Assembly: GCF_006345805.1 (NCBI RefSeq) | Contig: NC_043001.1 | Coordinates: forward strand, 125,736,001-125,800,000 | Direction: 5' to 3' | Length of the DNA stretch: 64,000 bases | Source: Octopus sinensis | Lineage: Eukaryota | Part shown: positions 1 to 14,342 of the stretch, piece after piece | Layout of the letters: each line of letters starts with the position of its first letter | Position numbering within the stretch: position 1 is the first letter of the stretch | The notes under the pieces: model-generated | Told to the model about the DNA's origin: nothing | The model's input: only the letters and a program-made list of their open reading frames with translations | The model's database searches: none | Position numbers and translations under genes: made by a program

Positions 1-176
1 CCTACGAATTTCACGAAGGAAAATCACAAAAAAAAATAAATTTTTTTTTTCATTTCTCAGGGGGAAGAACTCAGGTATGACTAATAGTTTTTGTAAGGAC
101 TGCACAGAAAATCACGTTATATATATATATAATACATTTCTAAATCTCTCAGAGAGAGTTATGCAGAAGTGATACG

Positions 177-366
177 ATAAAGTAGTTATATGCTGTCAAC
201 TTAATGTGACAGTCCCACGAAGGGAATAATACTACTGCTATTTAGCCCTAGGAAGCAATACTGCTTCCTGTCAGCCATGCAGTGCTGCTTCCTAGGGCTA
301 AATAGCAGTAGTATTATTCCCTTCGTGGGACTGTCACATTAAGTTGATAGCATACAACTACTTTAT
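177..366. repeat. Near-perfect inverted repeat (81-bp arms 177-257 / 286-366, 28-nt spacer); MITE-like foldback
   Basis: ataaagtagttatatgctgtcaacttaatgtgacagtcccacgaagggaataatactactgctatttagccctaggaagca is the reverse complement of 286-366 with about 2 mismatches. Confidence 0.85.
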
Positions 367-469
367 GTGTGTGTGTGTGTGTGTATAAAATACAAAATGG
401 GACAAGAGCACAAAACATCCGGACAACTAGGTGACACAAAAAAGGACAACAAAACATCCAGAAAGAGGA

Positions 470-846
470 TACAAAGAAAACAAGGACGGGTCATTCGAAG
501 CTTTTTATCCTCAGTCAAGAACCAGATTATCCTCGCAATTTCGGCTGATTAATCTTGAGATTGCTCTAATCTGGCCAGCTCCAAGGAAAAAACTAAGCTG
601 AGAGCATTATATTCCTTGGAAATATATATATATAAATATATGTAACATTGTCCCGTTTTTTTCTGTCCTTGTTTTTGTATACATTCGCTGCTTTCTTCCA
701 AGGAATCTAATGCTCTTAGCTTAGTTTTTCCTTGGGGCTGGACAGATTGGAGCAATCTCAAGTATAATCAGCCAAAATTGCGAAGATAATCTGTTACTTG
801 ACTGAAGAAAGAAAACTTTGAATGACCTGTCCTTGTTTTCTTTGTA
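470..846. repeat. Imperfect inverted repeat (~150-bp arms 470-621 / 696-846); probably an inverted pseudo-LTR tail of a Penelope-like element
   Basis: Arms align as reverse complements with scattered mismatches; the element is flanked by microsatellites. The PLE origin is inferred from architecture only. Confidence 0.6.
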
Positions 847-1959
847 TATATATATATGTGTGTGTGTGTGTGTGGATGTATGTATGTATGTGCGTATATA
901 TATATATATATATATAACCAAAATAAGCAACAGGATATCAAAAAGTGATGCAGACGACCGTTTCAAGCGGCTCCATTTAATTGAACAATGCAATCATTTC
1001 ATCAATTTAAATGCAGGGCTATCCTTAGCTGCACAAATAAATAAATAGAATTTTAATCAGTTGGACACATTAATATATTAATATAATTTTACTCAACTAC
1101 TCTAATAGAGCAAAAAGATAGAAAAAGTCCATGTTGTCACTATTGTAGCTAAGAATATACTACACTTCCAAGAAATGTATGAAGTTTGTTGGAGTCATAG
1201 CTTGTAAAGGATTGTGGTTCATTTTTAATTTATTAGTCTTTTTATCAACTACTAAATCTAAGACTAGAAGACTGTGTCTGTTTAGAATGGAGGGCAGGAG
1301 TGAGTTGACAGCTCATACCTGAGTATGGTCATAAATATTGTCAAGATTTTAGGAGTAGTATAAAGTAACTATCTATAAAGGAGGTTGGGTAGGGGTAGAT
1401 CCAGAATCAAGATGTTAATTACCAGTTAAAGGGGCAAGATACTAATAAAAACTATGATGCTAATACAGATATATAGATATGTGTGTGTGTGTGTATGTTT
1501 GTGTATGTATGTATATATATATATATNNNNNNNNNNNNNNNNNNNNNNNNNNNNNNNNNNNNNNNNNNNNNNNNNNNNNNNNNNNNNNNNNNNNNNNNNN
1601 NNNNNNNNNNNNNNNNNNNNNNNNNNAGATTGCTCTAATCTGGCAGCTCCAAGGAAAAAACTAAGCTGAGAGCATTATATTCCTTGGAATATATATATAT
1701 AAATATATGTAACATTGTCCCGTTTTTTTCTGTCCTTGTTTTTGTATACATTCGCTGCTTTCTTCCAAGGAATCTAATGCTCTTAGCTTAGTTTTTTCTT
1801 GGGCTGGACAGATTGGAGGCAATCTCAAGTATAATCAGCCAAATTGCGAGATGATAATCTGTTACTTGACTGAAGAAAGAAACTTTGAATGACCTGTCCT
1901 TGTTTTCTTTGTTATATATATATATGTTGTGTGTGTGTGTGGATGTATGTATGTATGTG

Positions 1960-2009
<50 letters not shown>

Positions 2010-2618
2010 TATATATATATATAACCAAAATAAGCAACAGGATATCAAAAGTGATGCAGACGACCGTTTCAAGCGGCTCCATTTAATTGAACATGCCATC
2101 ATTTCATCAATTTAAATGCAGGCTATCCTTAGCTGCACAATAAATAAATAGAATTTTAATCAGTTGGACACATTAATATATTAATATATTTTACTCAACT
2201 ACTCTAATAGAGCCAAAAGATAGAAAAAGTCCATGTGTCACTATTGTAGCTAAGAATATACTACACTTCCAAGAAATGTATGAAGTTTGTTGGGTCATAG
2301 CTTGTAAAGGATTGTGGTTATTTTTATTTATTAGTCTTTTTATCAACTACTAAATCTAAGACTAGAAGCTGTGTCTGTTAGAATGGAGGGCAGGAGTGAG
2401 TTGACAGCTCATACCTGAGTATGGTCATAAATATGTCAAGATTTTAGGAGTAGTATAAAGTAATATCTATAAAGGAGGTTGGGTAGGGGGTAGATCCAGA
2501 ATCAAGATGTTAATTACCAGTTAAAGGGGCAAGATACTAATAAAACTATGATGCCTAATACAGATATATAGATAGTGTGTGTGTGTGTATGTTTGTGTAT
2601 GTATGTATATATATATAT
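558..2618. other. ~970-bp direct duplication flanking a 100-N gap (558-1526 vs 1627-2618); probable assembly artefact
   Basis: N run at 1527-1626; the two copies differ mainly by 1-nt indels typical of long-read error. Confidence 0.8.
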
Positions 2619-2689
2619 GTTCTATATATATATATATATATATAATATATATAATATTATACATGGATTGTTGATTGATTGATTCCATT

Positions 2690-3350
2690 TCAGCTCATGA
2701 GCTGTGGCCATGCTGGCCCGCCATTTGGTGTTGCTACTTTGGTTTCACTTCATGGAGGCTTTCTAGCAACTGCTATTGGTTGCATGATGAGAGTCGATGC
2801 AGCTGCCTCATCTGCCCCCTCTGCCGTGAAGTTGGTCATCTGGGACATGACAGGAAGAGATCCAGCTCCATTTTAAAGATCTGTATATCACCCCATGCAG
2901 GTCTCTCAGGTTCATCGGGAGGATCTTGAAGAGCTGTTGGGCCTCGGAAGCCCAGGCTATCACAGAATTGTCCTACATCTGATGGCAATTTGTAGTCCTA
3001 GCACCCCGCATTGTGGCGCCCAGTTCTGGCGTTTGCGTACTCTCGATGCCAACGTTCGGACACTTCCCTCCAGGATCTTCCAGATGCTATTATGGCATAT
3101 CTTTCCCGCCTACGCTACCAGGGATATAATTTTAATCTCTTTAGTCTTTCCCAGTAGCTTATTCTGCATAGAGGCTATATTCTATATGTGTAGCTTCGTT
3201 GATCGCCTCAAGTTCTGTGATCACTTGACAAGGTATGGTGACCATAGCTGAGAGCAATAGTCACAGTGACTTAGGACAGTGTCTTCCAGAGGACCATCAT
3301 GGTTTCATTGTTCTCTCTTGTTCTAAAGGTTCTAAGTCCTCCGCCAGGCG
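2690..3350 (-). mobile_element. CR1/L2-like LINE 3' fragment
   Basis: Minus strand reads a frameshifted RRRERYAII...RTGRH motif homologous to the + strand copy at 5190-5310; similar 3' terminal ccagcatgg motif. Confidence 0.65.
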
Positions 3351-3399
3351 TCTGCTTTCACTGTCATTAAGCAACATGTACATAAAGGTCGCGTCATCA

Positions 3400-3947
3400 C
3401 TCAGTATATATATATATGTATATATACATACATATAATATAAGATACATATGTATTATACATACATAATATATAGATACATACCTATATATATACATATA
3501 TATATACATATATAATACTTATATTATATATACATATATAGATATACATATATATATATATATATATACAATATAACATATATATATACATACATATTAT
3601 ATACCTATCTATATACATTATATATTACACATTATATACATATATATAACATATATATATCATATATATATATACATATATATATACATATTATATATAC
3701 ATATATATAATATATATATATACATATATATATTACATATACATAATATTATACAATATATATACATATATTACATATATAGATTATATATATACCATAA
3801 TACATACATAGATACTATATATATACATATATATATACATATATATATCCATATATATATATACATATATATATACATATTATAACATATATATACATAT
3901 TTATATATACAATATATATATATATATATAGATATATATATATACAT

Positions 3948-3988
<41 letters not shown>

Positions 3989-4032
3989 TACATACATATA
4001 TATATACATATCTATATATGTATATATCTATA

Positions 4033-4066
<34 letters not shown>

Positions 4067-4247
4067 CATATTTATATATACATACATCATATATATATAT
4101 ATACCTACATATTTAATAATATACACACATACATCATATATATATATATAATTATCTCGATATACATACATACATCATATATATAGACATATCATACATA
4201 CATATATATATATATTATATATCATACATACACACACACACTCACAT

Positions 4248-4286
<39 letters not shown>

Positions 4287-4290
4287 TACA
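3400..4290. repeat. Degenerate (TA)n/(TACA)n microsatellite. Similar tracts occur at 4580-4780, 5650-6330, 13000-13367, 16780-16890, 17590-17880 and 37330-37560
   Basis: Direct reading; the I/Y/C/V-rich ORFs in the track over these tracts are artefacts. Confidence 0.95.
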
Positions 4291-4588
4291 CACACAATAT
4301 CCCCCAACTTTGCGGGTGTTACTTAAAAAAAAAAACCTGCATAGGTGAAAATCGCGAAGCAGAAACAGTATTGTACTGTAATATATCTTTTTCATTTTAT
4401 AATTTGTATATATGCATTTTATTTTAAATGCAAAACACACGACGGAGGAATCGATAAAGCTAAATAAGAACAGCAATAGGTGAACCGCAATATGGTGAGG
4501 GATTACTGTAGTATTGTTATTACTTATATCTTGTTTAGAGATTTTAGAACTAGCTCCTATATATAACAATATATACATACATATTATA

Positions 4589-4621
<33 letters not shown>

Positions 4622-4787
4622 TATATATATGTATGTATGTAATATATATTATTAATATATATATATATATATATCTATATATATATTATATATATATGTA
4701 TGTATGTATATATATATATATATATATGTATGTTTGTATATGTATATATATATATGTATGTTTGTCTAGTATATATATATATCCATG

Positions 4788-5635
4788 CAGGTAAGTTCCA
4801 GGCCCTGCCTACTACTGGACACAAAGGTATACGTGAGACTGGATACCTGCCCAGGAAGAATTGCAATCCCTGCGTCAAAATCAGTGCGTGACCTGGGCAT
4901 GACATGAGCAATGATGCATCTTTTCCAAATGCATATTGCTAAATCTGGTGATAAATGCAGACGGCTATATGGATGGATTCTCCGAACTTTCATAACAAGA
5001 GGAAGGAGACACTGATGTCCTATGGAAAACATTTGTCTCAGCCGCTTGGACTACTGCTCCTGCCCAACTTTGGTCACCACACCATATAAAACAAACGCAG
5101 ACTCGAAGCAACTCAGAGAAGCACACAAAGAAAATCGTCTCAATGCAAAATGTCGCTACTGGGAAGACTGAGGTATTAAACCTCTTCTCCCTGGAGCGGA
5201 GGCGGAGAGATATGCAGTAATATACACTAAATCCTGGAGGGTCTTATCCCAAATTTGGCATTCAAAGTTACTAATCCAACCGCAGAACGGGCGCCGCTGC
5301 GTGGTGCCAAGGATTCCAACATCACCACAAATACAGGTCCAGATACTGCAACAGCTTGGGTTTCAGAGACCACAGCTTTTCACATCCTCCCTAATGCCTG
5401 AGAGAACTTACATGTGTGGATTGGGGTTTCTTTAAAACTAAACTGGATCTCTTCTTGTTGAGAAGTCCCAATGAACCTACCTCACGACAGGAGACGCGGA
5501 TGCGGGCAGCAGCATCGAACTCCTTGTTGATCAAGTGCCACGTAATCAAGGTGGATTCACAACTAGGTTGCTCATTCAGCGGTGGTGCCCCAGCATGGCG
5601 CGGCCTCCGGCTAAAACATTTTTAAGGATTTAAGG
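4788..5635 (+). mobile_element. CR1/L2-like LINE, C-terminal RT region and 3' UTR, frameshifted
   Basis: Recognisable pieces: VRDLG..MSNDASF..H, YGWILRTF, LDYCS, NLFSLERRRERYA, KTKLDLFL. Confidence 0.8.
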
Positions 5636-5905
5636 AATATGTAGTATTTTGTAATATGTAATATATAATGTGTGTATATATGTAATATAATATATGTCTG
5701 TCTGTACAGTAATATATATATGTATGTAATATATATTGTGATATATATATATATATATGTGTATATGATATATATTATATATAATATATCTATATATATA
5801 TATATATATACATTTATATATATATATCTATATATATATATTATATATCGATATATATATTATATATATATATATATATATATCCTATATATATATATCT
5901 ATATA

Positions 5906-5936
<31 letters not shown>

Positions 5937-6065
5937 GATTTAATATATAATATATATTATATATATATATATATATATATCCATAAATAAATATATATAT
6001 TTTTATATTATCTATATATATATAATTTATATATATATATATATATATATCTAGTTATATATATA

Positions 6066-6107
<42 letters not shown>

Positions 6108-6120
6108 TATATATATATAT

Positions 6121-6169
<49 letters not shown>

Positions 6170-6244
6170 TATATATCTAGATATATATTATATATATATG
6201 TATATATATGTATGTATATTATATATATTATATATATATGTATA

Positions 6245-6275
<31 letters not shown>

Positions 6276-6333
6276 GTAAATGTATGTCTGTATATGTGTG
6301 TGTGTATTATATATATATATATATATATACATA

Positions 6334-8829
6334 CAGTGGTGGGTACGGTTCCACTAATCCACTAACAGCTAATTAGCAAAACTAACTTTTCGTTTAGCAA
6401 ATTAGCATTTTCACTAACTTTGGAAACCATTAGCAGACCAATTAGCTTCTGCTAAATTTAGTTCCACTAACTTCAAGTACACTAGCAAAATTCATACATA
6501 TGTTCCCATCTGTTGTGAGCATGTCTTGAAGAGTCTGTCAGGCACGCTACTGGCTGATTATGTGTACACGTGACAAGACATAGTTGCTCAACGCAGCAGT
6601 AATTAGTTAAGCAGCATTGTGTAATTCTACAGTTTTGAGTTGTGTTCACTTACGACACTGTCGCATTACAGACAGTGTTACAGTGTCTGAGGGAGCAGTG
6701 TACATTATCGGCTTATCAAGTTATTGCTTATCATTATGGAAGGTGAAGATGTCTTTGTTCGGCCAGAGGATGAAGGGCCTGTTGAGGAGTCTGCAATGGT
6801 TGTGGGTGAGGTAGAGATTGCTCAAGTTGAGAGCTAGGAATCTCAGAACCTGTGGCCCCACATGGAGGACTACTTTGTCCTTATGTCTAGGGATAAGAGG
6901 AACACCAAAATCTTGTACTTCCGATGTGTCATGTGCCAGCCCAAGGAGACCACCATCAAGGGACAAGCAGTGAGCCTTTACAACTTATATATATTCCACT
7001 CACAATTAAGTGTGCACACCCAAAAAAAGCAGTCTTTAATGAAATAACAAATAAATGAATCTTAAGTTCTGAACTTATTAAATTCTGACCATCATTCCAT
7101 CCCTCATCTCGGTTATTCATCACCCCCAATACGTCACCTGTCAAGGTAGTGTAACTAATTTCAAAGGTTTAATAACAAGGCTTTAAATTATGAGCAATAT
7201 TTCCATGAATTTAAAACAGCCTAGTTACAAATGTTAAACTACAATTTGCTTATACAAGTTCCATGTGCAAAACAAAATGACCAGGATCATGATGGACAAT
7301 AGCAAAAGCTTTGTTAAGGCATTTATGCAGTTTGGAATGGAAATTGAACTCTTGGCAGATCTGGACATGGAGAGTGCCAAGGATGTAGACTTATATGTGG
7401 ATCCTGAGGCTGAGGATGTGGATGAAATTGAGTACATCTCTATTGATACCATCCTTGACAAGTCCAGCAGTGTGGGCCTAAACCTGCTAGTGCACATGAA
7501 GTGCACAGCCCATACCTTCAACTTGGTAGCCAGCATGGATGCCAACAAAGCTCTTGACAGTGCTTCATTCAAGTCAACCTACAGGAAGGCCATGTCCAAG
7601 CACAGCAGCAGTGAAACCTGCAGAGCCGCAGCACGGTGACAGCAGACAACATTCTGGATGCGTTGAAGAGGAGGTTCGTGGCCCCCAAACAGTACCAGAT
7701 GGAAATCTACCTGTGACACTGTTGCTGTCCTCAACAACCTGTTGTAGTATAGGGGAGCTGTCCACAAGGTGATGACACAGCTAAAGCTGCAGACTTTCAC
7801 TGATTCTGATGTTGGTTTCCTGATGAAGGATGCCCAGGCAATGTCTAATGTTGCCAAGGCCTTGGATAAAATCCAGGGAGAGGAGCAGGCTTATCTCAGG
7901 AGCTTTCTGTCAACTGTAGCGGCTACCGTCATGAAGTTGAAGGAGGTGAAATTCAAACATCTGTACTGCAGTCCTCTGGTAGATGAGATACTGGAAGGCA
8001 TCATGAAAAGATTTGAGCTCCTCTTAGAAGACATGGAGTGCCAAATGGCTGCTGCTTTCCACCCCAAGTTTCACCTGGTCTGGCTAGAGCAGTATAATAA
8101 CAGCCAGGTTAACAGAGTAACGAATGCCATAAAGACTGTCATAGAGACAGCCCTAATGGAGACCAATGAATAGAACAGCAGAACCATCAGCAATGAGGAT
8201 GAGGGAGATGATTTCTTCAGCAACATCACTCAGTTCCAGGAGAGAAGGAGCTATAAGTCACTGAAATCCAAGGTGCAGAACTTGGTAAAGACCTGGCTGG
8301 AGGCCGTCTCGAAGGAGGTCTTGACTTAAGTCGCCTTTTTGGCAGACCAGGTCTTGATCTACATGTTCACCAAGTATAATATTTCCATCTCATCAAGTGT
8401 TGCAGTTGAGTGCCTATTCTCTGTAGGCAAAGACATTTTGAGGGCCACAAGAGACACTCTGTCAGATGGTAACTTTGAAAGGCAGATGTTTATGAAGGGC
8501 AACCAGCATCATGTCAAGATGATGGAGAAGGCCCAGCCAGAGTAGTACACCTTAATCATCATCTGACCTTGGCATGCTACACCTTTTTGGAAAGCTCTAT
8601 GTCTAAGCTACATGGTCTGTTTTTAGGAGATTTAGAGTTGAAAAACCAAGCCAAAACTAAATTCATATGATAAAAGTTAGTGGTTATCAGTTAGCATTAG
8701 CTTCTGCTAATTTTTTTACTTATTTAGCAGTTTAGCAATTGCAAAGCTAACTTGTTTAGTGGTTTAGCAATTACAAAGCAGACTAGCAGTTAGCAAAGCT
8801 AACTTTTTGGTTAGCTGTACCCACCACTG
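6334..8829 (+). mobile_element. hAT DNA transposon relic with both TIRs (~2.5 kb)
   Basis: TIRs CAGTGGTGGGTAC (6334) / GTACCCACCACTG (8829); subterminal GCTAA/TTAGC repeats; transposase pieces with BED-like LYFRCVMCQP, MKCTAHTFNLVA (CxxH), AAAFHPKF and SSVAVECLFSVGKDIL (hATC-like); broken by stops and frameshifts. Confidence 0.9.
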
Positions 8830-9010
8830 TCATCATCATCATCATTATCGTTTAACGTCCGCTTTCTATGCTAGCATGGGTTGGACGGTTCGACCAGGGT
8901 TTGGGAAGCCAGGAGGCTGCATCAGGCTCCAGTCTGATCTGGCAGTGTTTCTTCAGCTGGATGCCCTTCCTAATGCCAACCACTCCGTGAGTGTAGTAGG
9001 TGCTTTTTAC
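8830..9010 (-). mobile_element. RTE-type 3' tail with (GAT)n end
   Basis: Reverse complement of the ...aaccgtccaacccatgctagcatgga...gatgatgat tail that follows the RTE ORF at 20426-20940. Further copies at 11597-11775, 22290-22470, 47270-47515, 48428-48597, 52542-52700, 54745-54985, 55575-55790 and 63050-63398. Confidence 0.85.
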
Positions 9011-9775
9011 GTGCAGTCATTAGACTGCGATCATGCTACGACACAGCCTTGAAAGACTTTTGGTAGTCGAATGAATCATCAATCCCCAGTACTTTTTTAA
9101 AGCCTAGTACTTATTCTATCGATTTCTTTTGCCGAGCCACTAAGTTATGGGAACGTAAACACACCAGCCTGGTTGTCAGGCAATGGTGGAGGGGCAGCCA
9201 CAGACACAAAGACACACACACACATCTTTTATCTCTTACTTGTTTCAGTCACAAGCTTATGGTCATGCTGGGGAAATTGTCTTGAAGGAATTTTAGTCAA
9301 ACAAATCAACTCCAGTGAATTATTTGTTAAGTCTGGTACTTATTCCATTGGTCTCTTTTACCAAACTGCTAAGTTATCGGGACATAAAAAAAAACAGTAG
9401 CAGTAGCCAAGTGGGAGGAGGACAAACAAAAAAAACACACATATACAATGGGCTTCCACACAGTTTCCATCAAACAAATTCATCCACAAGGCATTGATCC
9501 AATCAATGGAACAGCCTGTATGTAAGATTAACGTGCAAGTGGCTGAGCACTCCACAGACATATGCATCCTTAACATAGTTCTCAGGAAGATTCAGCATGA
9601 CACAGTAACTAAGCTGGGCCTTTGAAACACAAGTACAACTCATTTTTGCTGGATGAGTGGACTCGAGCAATGTAAAATAAAGTGTCGTGCTCAAGGACAC
9701 AACTCATCACTGGGAATTGAACTCATGACCTTACAATCTCGTGAGTTGAATCCCCTAACCACTAAATCACATGCC

Positions 9776-9811
<36 letters not shown>

Positions 9812-10145
9812 CACACACACTTATACAGGTGTGTGTGCACACGCAGGCTAAATTAAGGTTGTTATTCTAAACCAATTTAAAAACAAACAATGGAACATTT
9901 TCCAATTAAAAGACTCAATATTGAAAGGGTCATATTTATTGCAAAATTCATTTTGACTGGGATCATTTTCATTCAACCCCTTATTCAACCAGCTAAATAA
10001 GCAGTCAAATAAAACTTAAAACCCCAGGCAAAACAAATTTTATAATACATATGCATATGCACACACACATAAATATAGACGTTCTACTTACTACTGCTTC
10101 CAATTTCATATAACTATTCCTGTCAACAGCCTTATCTTCAACTAC

Positions 10146-10330
10146 ATGAAAACCTCCTTGAGGAATGTGAAGACGCAGGCTGGAAAGCGGAACATTTTCC
10201 TATCGAAGTCGGATAGAAGTTGGACACAGCGTGAGACGACTGTTGTTATCGCTAGGCCTAACTCATCGTAAAGTCAATACCACCATGACTGATATCCAAT
10301 CTACAGTGGAGAAGGCTAGCCACTGGATTT
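10146..10330 (+). mobile_element. Fragment resembling the C-terminus of an RLE-endonuclease non-LTR element (Hero/NeSL-like)
   Basis: ENLLEECEDAGWKAEHFPIEVG resembles the L...C...GW....FPIEVG motif; short and interrupted. Confidence 0.45.
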
Positions 10331-10952
10331 GGTTAAAAAGAGACAATGAGCGATGGCTAGAAGAATATTGAGTTTAACTTCATAACCAGCTGATCTAGCA
10401 AGCGGGGCCTCATATCAGTGAGGGGGGGGGGCGGTGCACATTGATGCCGTCGAGAGGTAGGCCCCAAAATGGCGCGCATTCTCTCCTGATGACCCCATAC
10501 ACTTGCTAGCTTCCGGTATACGGAGCTTTTAACTGGTAGCACTTGCATGTGCAAGTTGTTTGCAAGACATGATTACTAATCTCTTCCTCTGTATTATTTT
10601 CAGTTATGTTGGTCTAAACCACCCTCCTCTTGTTTCTTCTGGAGTCTCAAGCCTTATCTCCAACATTATTTCTCTTTGGTAAGCTATGTATAACATCTAT
10701 TATCTTTTATTTTTGTCGTGTTTCTGTCATTAGACTCTGATCATGCTGGTGCACCACTTTGAATTCTAGTCAAATAAATCAAACCAATCCCAGTACTTAC
10801 TAATTTATTTTTTGTAAAGCTTGGCACTTTGGTACTTTTTCTATTGTGCTCTTTTGCCAAATCCTTAAGTTTGGCAAAAGAGACAAACCGGTTGTCAAAC
10901 AGTGGTAGGGGATGAACACATACACACATACACGCATATATATATATACATA

Positions 10953-12032
10953 CTAGCTGACGTACCCGGTAATTCCTGGAAAAGCAGGGCTTATTCCTTG
11001 GTCCGTTCTCATAATTGTTTCACTAATCCAATAACAATACAAAGTATGTAGCCCTTAAAACAGTTTTTATGCATTTACAGAGAATACCAAACTGTCTTAC
11101 ACAGGATCTTGTTTTTAGAAATTCCCAATAAGTTATGAATACCCAAATTGTGAAGTCAGTTATGTAATAACATGAAATTAGTTACCCGATAGTAAGAATT
11201 CAAATAAAGTAGCCCTGAAAAGGGCTTTAATGCATTCCCAGAGTATATAGAACTTAGGAGGAAATACTAGTAAGGTATGTATACTAAAATCATGAAGCAT
11301 GTTATGTAATAACAGGCTAATCAGATATGAGAAATAATTCAAAGTAAATAACTCTGAAAAGGGCTTTCACGCATTCCCAGAGAATATTAACCTCAGCAGC
11401 GCTAGTGTTGGTACATTCGTAAATAAGTCACTAATCGATATAAGTGGATCTATTGTTTAGGAAAATACTATTTACTTGTTTAAGGGTTGTACTGGATAAA
11501 TTGCAAAAATAACTTTAACAGTTCAAATACTAAGAAATAAGCATACTCAATTTGATTTATACCAAATGATTTAGGAAAATGAATGGGTTATTTCTCATCA
11601 TCATCATCATCATCATCATTTAGCGTCCGTTTTCCATGCTAGCATGGGTTGGACGGTTCAACTGGGGTCTGGGGAGCCCGAAGGCTGCACCAGGCCAGTC
11701 AGATCTGGCAGTGTTTCTACAGCTGGATGCCCTTCCTAATGCCAACCACTCCGAGAGTGTAGTGGGTGATTCTCCTGGTTGCTAAAATCTGGGCAAATGG
11801 GTTATTTCCCTTGACTGTTAAAATGAAATACAATACATATATATATATATAAGGATCCCTTCTAGGGGCTCTATTATCGCTTTTTCAACAATCTGAGTAT
11901 GGCATAAGGTTTCCAGACGTGAGTTCTACTCACCTGTCAAGTTTCATCAAAATCGATAAAACGATGTAGGAGGAGTTATCTAACAACTTCACAAACATAC
12001 GCACAGACAGAATTTCCCACATATGTAGTAGA
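10953..12032 (-). mobile_element. Non-autonomous Helitron
   Basis: Minus strand begins A|TC at 12032 and ends in a ccaggaattaccggg hairpin plus CTAG|T at 10953; internal ~120-bp degenerate repeats at 11040-11400; nested RTE tail. Confidence 0.7.
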
Positions 12033-13004
12033 TATACAACAGATGTCTTTCAGTTTCTATCAACCAAAACCACCCACAAGCCTTTGGTTAGCCCAAGGCT
12101 ATAGTAGAAGACACCTTCCCAAGATACTATGCAGTAGGACTGAACCTGGGCCTATGTTTGTTGGGAAGCAAACATCTTACCACTCAGCCATGCCTGCACA
12201 TTTTGAAATCCAAGTTAATAGAAGTCTCACAGACTCACAACCCATACCAAAAACAGGCTCCATGTTTTATTGGTAGCAATAGATAGATATAGCACCAGCA
12301 TCATAATAAGCATTTTTTATCCAATTTTCTTAATGCTGTTGGGAGCTGAATGGGTTATCCTAGACTGACTCAGATCCTGTTTTAAGTGGATACCCTCCTC
12401 GATGGGTTGGGCTCATGCTTTACTTATACTTTCTATTTTGGTATGTTTTCTACTGCTAGATGCCTTTTGTATGACCATCAGCTCTTCTGAGTGTCCTGGG
12501 TGCATTTTACTGTAGCACCAGCAGCAGAGGAGATGCCATGTCCTCAGCAACACTAATGAGTCTTCTCTGACCTAAGTTGTTTCCAGTCATTCACCAACCA
12601 TTTTACTGAGTGCATTGTGTCACCAGCACTAGAAAGAATACCTTGTCCCTTTAGAGACACTGAAGAGTTTTCTCTTCTCTATGTTTACCCTCTGCTTGTT
12701 TATCCACCAGCAGCATACTCATCAGGTAGAAGAATGGAAGAAAGAAAAGAATGAAAGAAGGCTAATGTAGAGAGAGTGTTATAGAGGAGAGTAATGGAAG
12801 AGAACAGGAGTCATAGAAGCAAGAGACTGATAGAGAAGAGCATAAAGAGAGAGAGAGGGGGAGAGGGAGAGAGAGAATATGAAACATAGCTACATAGAGA
12901 ATGGTGGTGGAGGATTGAATATGAATGTATCAATGTGATGTCAGCACTCATAGCATGTATATGCATGTATGTATAAAAACACATACACAAACACAAATAT
13001 ATAT

Positions 13005-13039
<35 letters not shown>

Positions 13040-13117
13040 CACACATGTATATATACATGTAACTGAACTTCTTAACCTCAAAGTATTTTTACATACATAT
13101 ATACATATATATGTATT

Positions 13118-13150
<33 letters not shown>

Positions 13151-13169
13151 ATATATATATTATATATAT

Positions 13170-13201
<32 letters not shown>

Positions 13202-13367
13202 CATATATATTCTATATATGTGTATATATATATATATATACATACACACACACATATATATACATATATATTCTATATATGTATATATGTATATATATAT
13301 ATATAAATATATATATGTGTGTGTGTGTGAATATATATATATATATATATATATAAATATATATATA

Positions 13368-14241
13368 CAGGGTGAGATGGATAAATTATCACCATTCTAT
13401 ACTTTTAATTTTGCGCATGCGCATTGTTTGTTTTTTTATTTTGCCAGTTACACAGTATAGTAGGGTCAGTTGGGCACCATTTGTGAGGAAAACAGCACCA
13501 TGACGCAATTCTCCCTGACAGAAATTTGGAAACAACATGCTGTACTGCTTATCATTCATGCCAGGAGCTCTAATATGAACATTTCAGAGTGTTTGGGAGT
13601 CAATCTGAGGATATGTACCAACAGTGATAAAAATCAAGCATCCAGTCAACATCATTGTGTTTGGAGTGATCACTAGTGATGGCAACATTATGGCTCCATC
13701 CATCTTCTCACATGGCTTCAGACTCAACATGGAAGCCTACATCAAGTGCTTAGAGGAGGGAGTGCTGCCCTGGGTCAAGAGGGTGGCTACTGGAAGACCC
13801 TGTGTCTGGCAATAGGACTCTACACCATTCCACACAAGCAAGAGAACCTAGTCATGGCTGTCAGACAATTTCTGTGACCACATTACCCGCAACATCTGGC
13901 CACCTAACCCCCCAGACTGCAATCCCCTTGATTATTATGTGTGGGGCACAGTTGAGCGATTAACTAACAAAACTCTTCGTAGCACCAAAGATGAACTGCC
14001 AGCAAGGATTATGGCAGCATTCACCAGCTTAAACAAGGAGACTGCCCAGAAGAATTTCAAGAAATTCCAAAGTCATCTGGTGACCTTGGTTGAAGTCCAT
14101 AGCAATATTATAGAATAAATTTACTCTTTAGTATTTCAAGATATTTATATGTAAGTTTGGTAAATATATCTGTTAAAATGAGATGACAGTGTTATTTTCA
14201 TTTTTGTGTAAGTTAGATGACAGTTTATTCACTGCACCCTG
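13368..14241 (+). mobile_element. Tc1/mariner-superfamily relic of the DD37D (maT) type
   Basis: TA|CAGGGTG ... CACCCTG|TA ends; VFGVITSDG, then WQ*DSTPFHTS...WPPNPPDCNPLDYYVWG with 37 residues between the last two Asp; in-frame stops. Confidence 0.85.
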
Positions 14242-14253
14242 TATATGTGTGTG

Positions 14254-14321
<68 letters not shown>

Positions 14322-14342
14322 ATATATGTCTGTATATGTGTA

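Noticed and set aside
795-830. ctgaaga-aag-aaaa-ctt-tgaa hammerhead-like string (and its twin near 1870)
   Set aside because: GAAA is incomplete and there is no convincing stem I or NUH site
558-2618. Apparent 1-kb segmental duplication
   Set aside because: Sits symmetrically around a 100-N gap and differs mainly by homopolymer indels, so it is most likely a contig overlap artefact
3297-6000. Numerous I/Y/C/V-rich ORFs (also 12969-13460 and 17578-18004)
   Set aside because: Translations of (TA)n/(CA)n microsatellites
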